58,737 nucleotides of DNA from Bacteroidia bacterium (GTDB taxonomy: Bacteria > Bacteroidota > Bacteroidia > NS11-12g > UBA955). Under the pieces are notes generated by a model. It was not told the origin of the DNA and did no database searches. It worked only from the letters and a program-made list of their open reading frames with translations. A program made the position numbers and the translations under genes. The stretch lies in assembly GCA_044377005.1 (NCBI GenBank), contig JBILJV010000006.1:1-58737 (forward strand), given 5' to 3'. Below are positions 56,850 to 58,737 of this stretch, piece by piece (within the stretch, counting starts at the first letter, position 1; each line of letters begins with the position of its first letter).

Positions 56850-58737
56850 ATGTATCAATTGTCAAAAATAGCGCAAGAACTAAATGGAAAATTAGTTGGA
56901 AAAGATATTGATAACAATTGGATATTACTAATAGACAGTCGAAATCTAACGCAAGCATCACACACTATATTCTTTGCCATTTCTACAAAATTCAATAATG
57001 GAAATCGCTATATTGATGAATTGTACCATAAAGGGGTTAAACAATTTGTTGTAGAACCTGACTTTAATACACACTTATACCCTGATGCTAGTTTTATATT
57101 AGTCAAAAATACTTTAAATGCTCTTCAGAATCTTAGTCGTTTTCACCGGCAGTCATTTAGTATTCCTGTTTTAGGAATAACCGGAAGCAACGGAAAAACA
57201 ATTGTTAAAGAATGGTTATTGCAACTTTTAGCGCAAGACATTTCTATTTGCGCAAGCCCGAAAAGCTATAACAGTCAGATTGGGGTTCCACTCAGTGTTT
57301 GGCAGCTGAATGAAAAACATGAACTTGCTATTTTTGAAGCTGGTATCTCCCAAAAAGGAGAAATGGAAAGGTTAACTTCTATTATTCAAGCAAATATTGG
57401 AATATTAACTCATATGGGTTCTGCCCACGATGAAGGATTTGATGATTTTAATCAAAAACTTAATGAAAAGATTATACTTTTCGAAAAATCAAAATATGTT
57501 ATTACAAAGTATAACTCGGAAATTATTTCAAAATTAAATGGAAAAGCCATTACTTATGATTTTGATAATCAGAGCGCTGATTTAAATATTTTTTCAAAAA
57601 TTACAGAACAACAAAGCGTAACATTAAACGCCAATTATCAAAATCAAAACTACTCAATTACCATTCCTTTTAAGGATGACATATCAATTGAAAATATTTG
57701 TTTGTGTTGGCTATTTTGTCTGAAATATAATTGTTTTAAAGCTGAATCTTTTTCAACCTTAAAACCAATAAGTATGAGGATGGAGTTAAAAAAAGGGATT
57801 AATAACTGTATTGTTGTAAATGACTCCTATAGCAATGATTTACAAGCATTAAGTGTGGCATTGTCTTTTTTAAAACAACAAAACATCTACGCCAAAACAA
57901 CCTTAATATTATCAGACATTCAACAAAGTGGATTAAATGATGAAGTATTAACTCAACATTTAATAGACCTACTTAAAGAAAAACAAATTCAAAGAATAAT
58001 AGGAATAGGGCCTAACTTTATTAAATACCAAATACTTTTTCAGTCTGCCATTCCAAGCTCACAATTTTACATAAATACAAATACTTTTTTAGAGAATTTT
58101 AAAACAATACATTTCGAAAATGAGGGTATTTTAATAAAAGGCGCTCGATTATTTGCATTTGAAAAAATAGCAAAAAAATTAGAGTTACAATCACATGGCA
58201 CAGTATTAGAAATTAATTTGAATGCTGCATTACATAATTTTAATGTTTATAAAAAAGAGTTGTTACCAAATCAAAAAATGATGGCAATGGTTAAGGCATT
58301 TGCATATGGAAGTGGCAGTTATGAAATAGCTAAATTACTCAATCACAAGGTTGATTATTTTGCTGTTGCTTATGCAGATGAAGGGGTTGCACTTAGAAAG
58401 AGTGGAATTAATACGCCCATAATGGTTTTGAATGTAGATTCAGAAAGTATTTTGCATTTACTTCAATACAAACTTGAGCCGGTAATATACAGTATTCAAC
58501 AAATTTATGATGTAATTCCATTGATTGGAGATGTACCCATTTCAATACATATTGAATTAGATACAGGTATGCATCGCTTAGGAATATCAATAGATGAAAT
58601 TACTCAATTATGTCAAGAAATTATTGGTTTAAAAAATTGGAAAATTGCCAGTGTTTTTTCTCATTTATCTGCCAGTGAAGAGTCTATTCACGATAGTTTT
58701 ACTCTTGAACAGAATGAATTATTCGAAATGGCTTGTC
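56850..58737 (+). CDS. alr: Bifunctional MurF-like ligase / alanine racemase fusion, 3'-truncated by the window edge
   Basis: Absent from the ORF track because there is no stop in the window. Translated by hand from ATG 56850: MYQLSKIAQ..IDSR, GITGSNGKT, SPKSYNSQIGVP, FEAGIS, NDSYS, IKGAR; then LEINL, MAMVKAFAYGSG (PLP lysine), VAYADEG, DTGMHRLG, FSHLSAS. Confidence 0.93.
   Translation, partial: MYQLSKIAQELNGKLVGKDIDNNWILLIDSRNLTQASHTIFFAISTKFNNGNRYIDELYHKGVKQFVVEPDFNTHLYPDASFILVKNTLNALQNLSRFHRQSFSIPVLGITGSNGKTIVKEWLLQLLAQDISICASPKSYNSQIGVPLSVWQLNEKHELAIFEAGISQKGEMERLTSIIQANIGILTHMGSAHDEGFDDFNQKLNEKIILFEKSKYVITKYNSEIISKLNGKAITYDFDNQSADLNIFSKITEQQSVTLNANYQNQNYSITIPFKDDISIENICLCWLFCLKYNCFKAESFSTLKPISMRMELKKGINNCIVVNDSYSNDLQALSVALSFLKQQNIYAKTTLILSDIQQSGLNDEVLTQHLIDLLKEKQIQRIIGIGPNFIKYQILFQSAIPSSQFYINTNTFLENFKTIHFENEGILIKGARLFAFEKIAKKLELQSHGTVLEINLNAALHNFNVYKKELLPNQKMMAMVKAFAYGSGSYEIAKLLNHKVDYFAVAYADEGVALRKSGINTPIMVLNVDSESILHLLQYKLEPVIYSIQQIYDVIPLIGDVPISIHIELDTGMHRLGISIDEITQLCQEIIGLKNWKIASVFSHLSASEESIHDSFTLEQNELFEMAC

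Noticed and set aside
952-58590. About 45 short (60-139 aa) ORFs in the track nested in or antisense to long genes
   Set aside because: They overlap well-supported CDSs largely or entirely, lack recognisable motifs and look like shadow-frame ORFs.
56850-58737. MurF-Alr fusion as a novelty
   Set aside because: A known, widespread Bacteroidota fusion; listed as a feature only.
1-58737. tRNA, rRNA, riboswitch, prophage, recoding or frameshifted pseudogenes
   Set aside because: No intergenic region showed cloverleaf or riboswitch-like conserved motifs by eye, and all long genes read intact in the standard code. An Infernal/tRNAscan run would be needed to exclude ncRNAs in 5991-6387 and 11689-12006.

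Overview
AT-rich, very compact chromosomal segment from a Bacteroidota bacterium. The evidence is T9SS C-terminal sorting domains, TAnnTTTG -7 promoter boxes before most transcription units, the miaB-sigma54 activator-lptE-TPR-secG operon and a MurF-Alr fusion. It holds about 39 CDSs, truncated at both ends; I found no rRNA, tRNA, CRISPR array, integrase or transposase. Housekeeping genes are a fused 2-oxoacid dehydrogenase E1, an RsmF-like methyltransferase, metG, miaB, secG, lptE, an S41 protease, RqcH/NFACT, an APC permease and murF-alr. Accessory content: (i) three AT-rich orphan exported proteins behind a heptamer repeat and a REP-like inverted repeat; (ii) the best candidate for an undescribed system, a two-gene operon with a MalY/PatB-like PLP enzyme and a flavin monooxygenase fused to a CxxC DsbA/YjbH(SpxH)-like domain, facing an orphan GAF histidine kinase; (iii) a SpoIIM-DUF4129-DUF4350-MoxR-DUF58 operon; (iv) T9SS cargo, namely two paralogous S8 proteases, an SGNH plus beta-helix fusion, a gingipain-fold protein lacking the His/Cys dyad and a type-B CTD protein; (v) an HTH regulator-epimerase-GT2-GT-C glycosylation module with a palindrome at its promoter. 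Family assignments come from reading motifs by eye; no searches were run. Several ORF-track starts were moved to a downstream ATG where promoter position or signal peptides support it.
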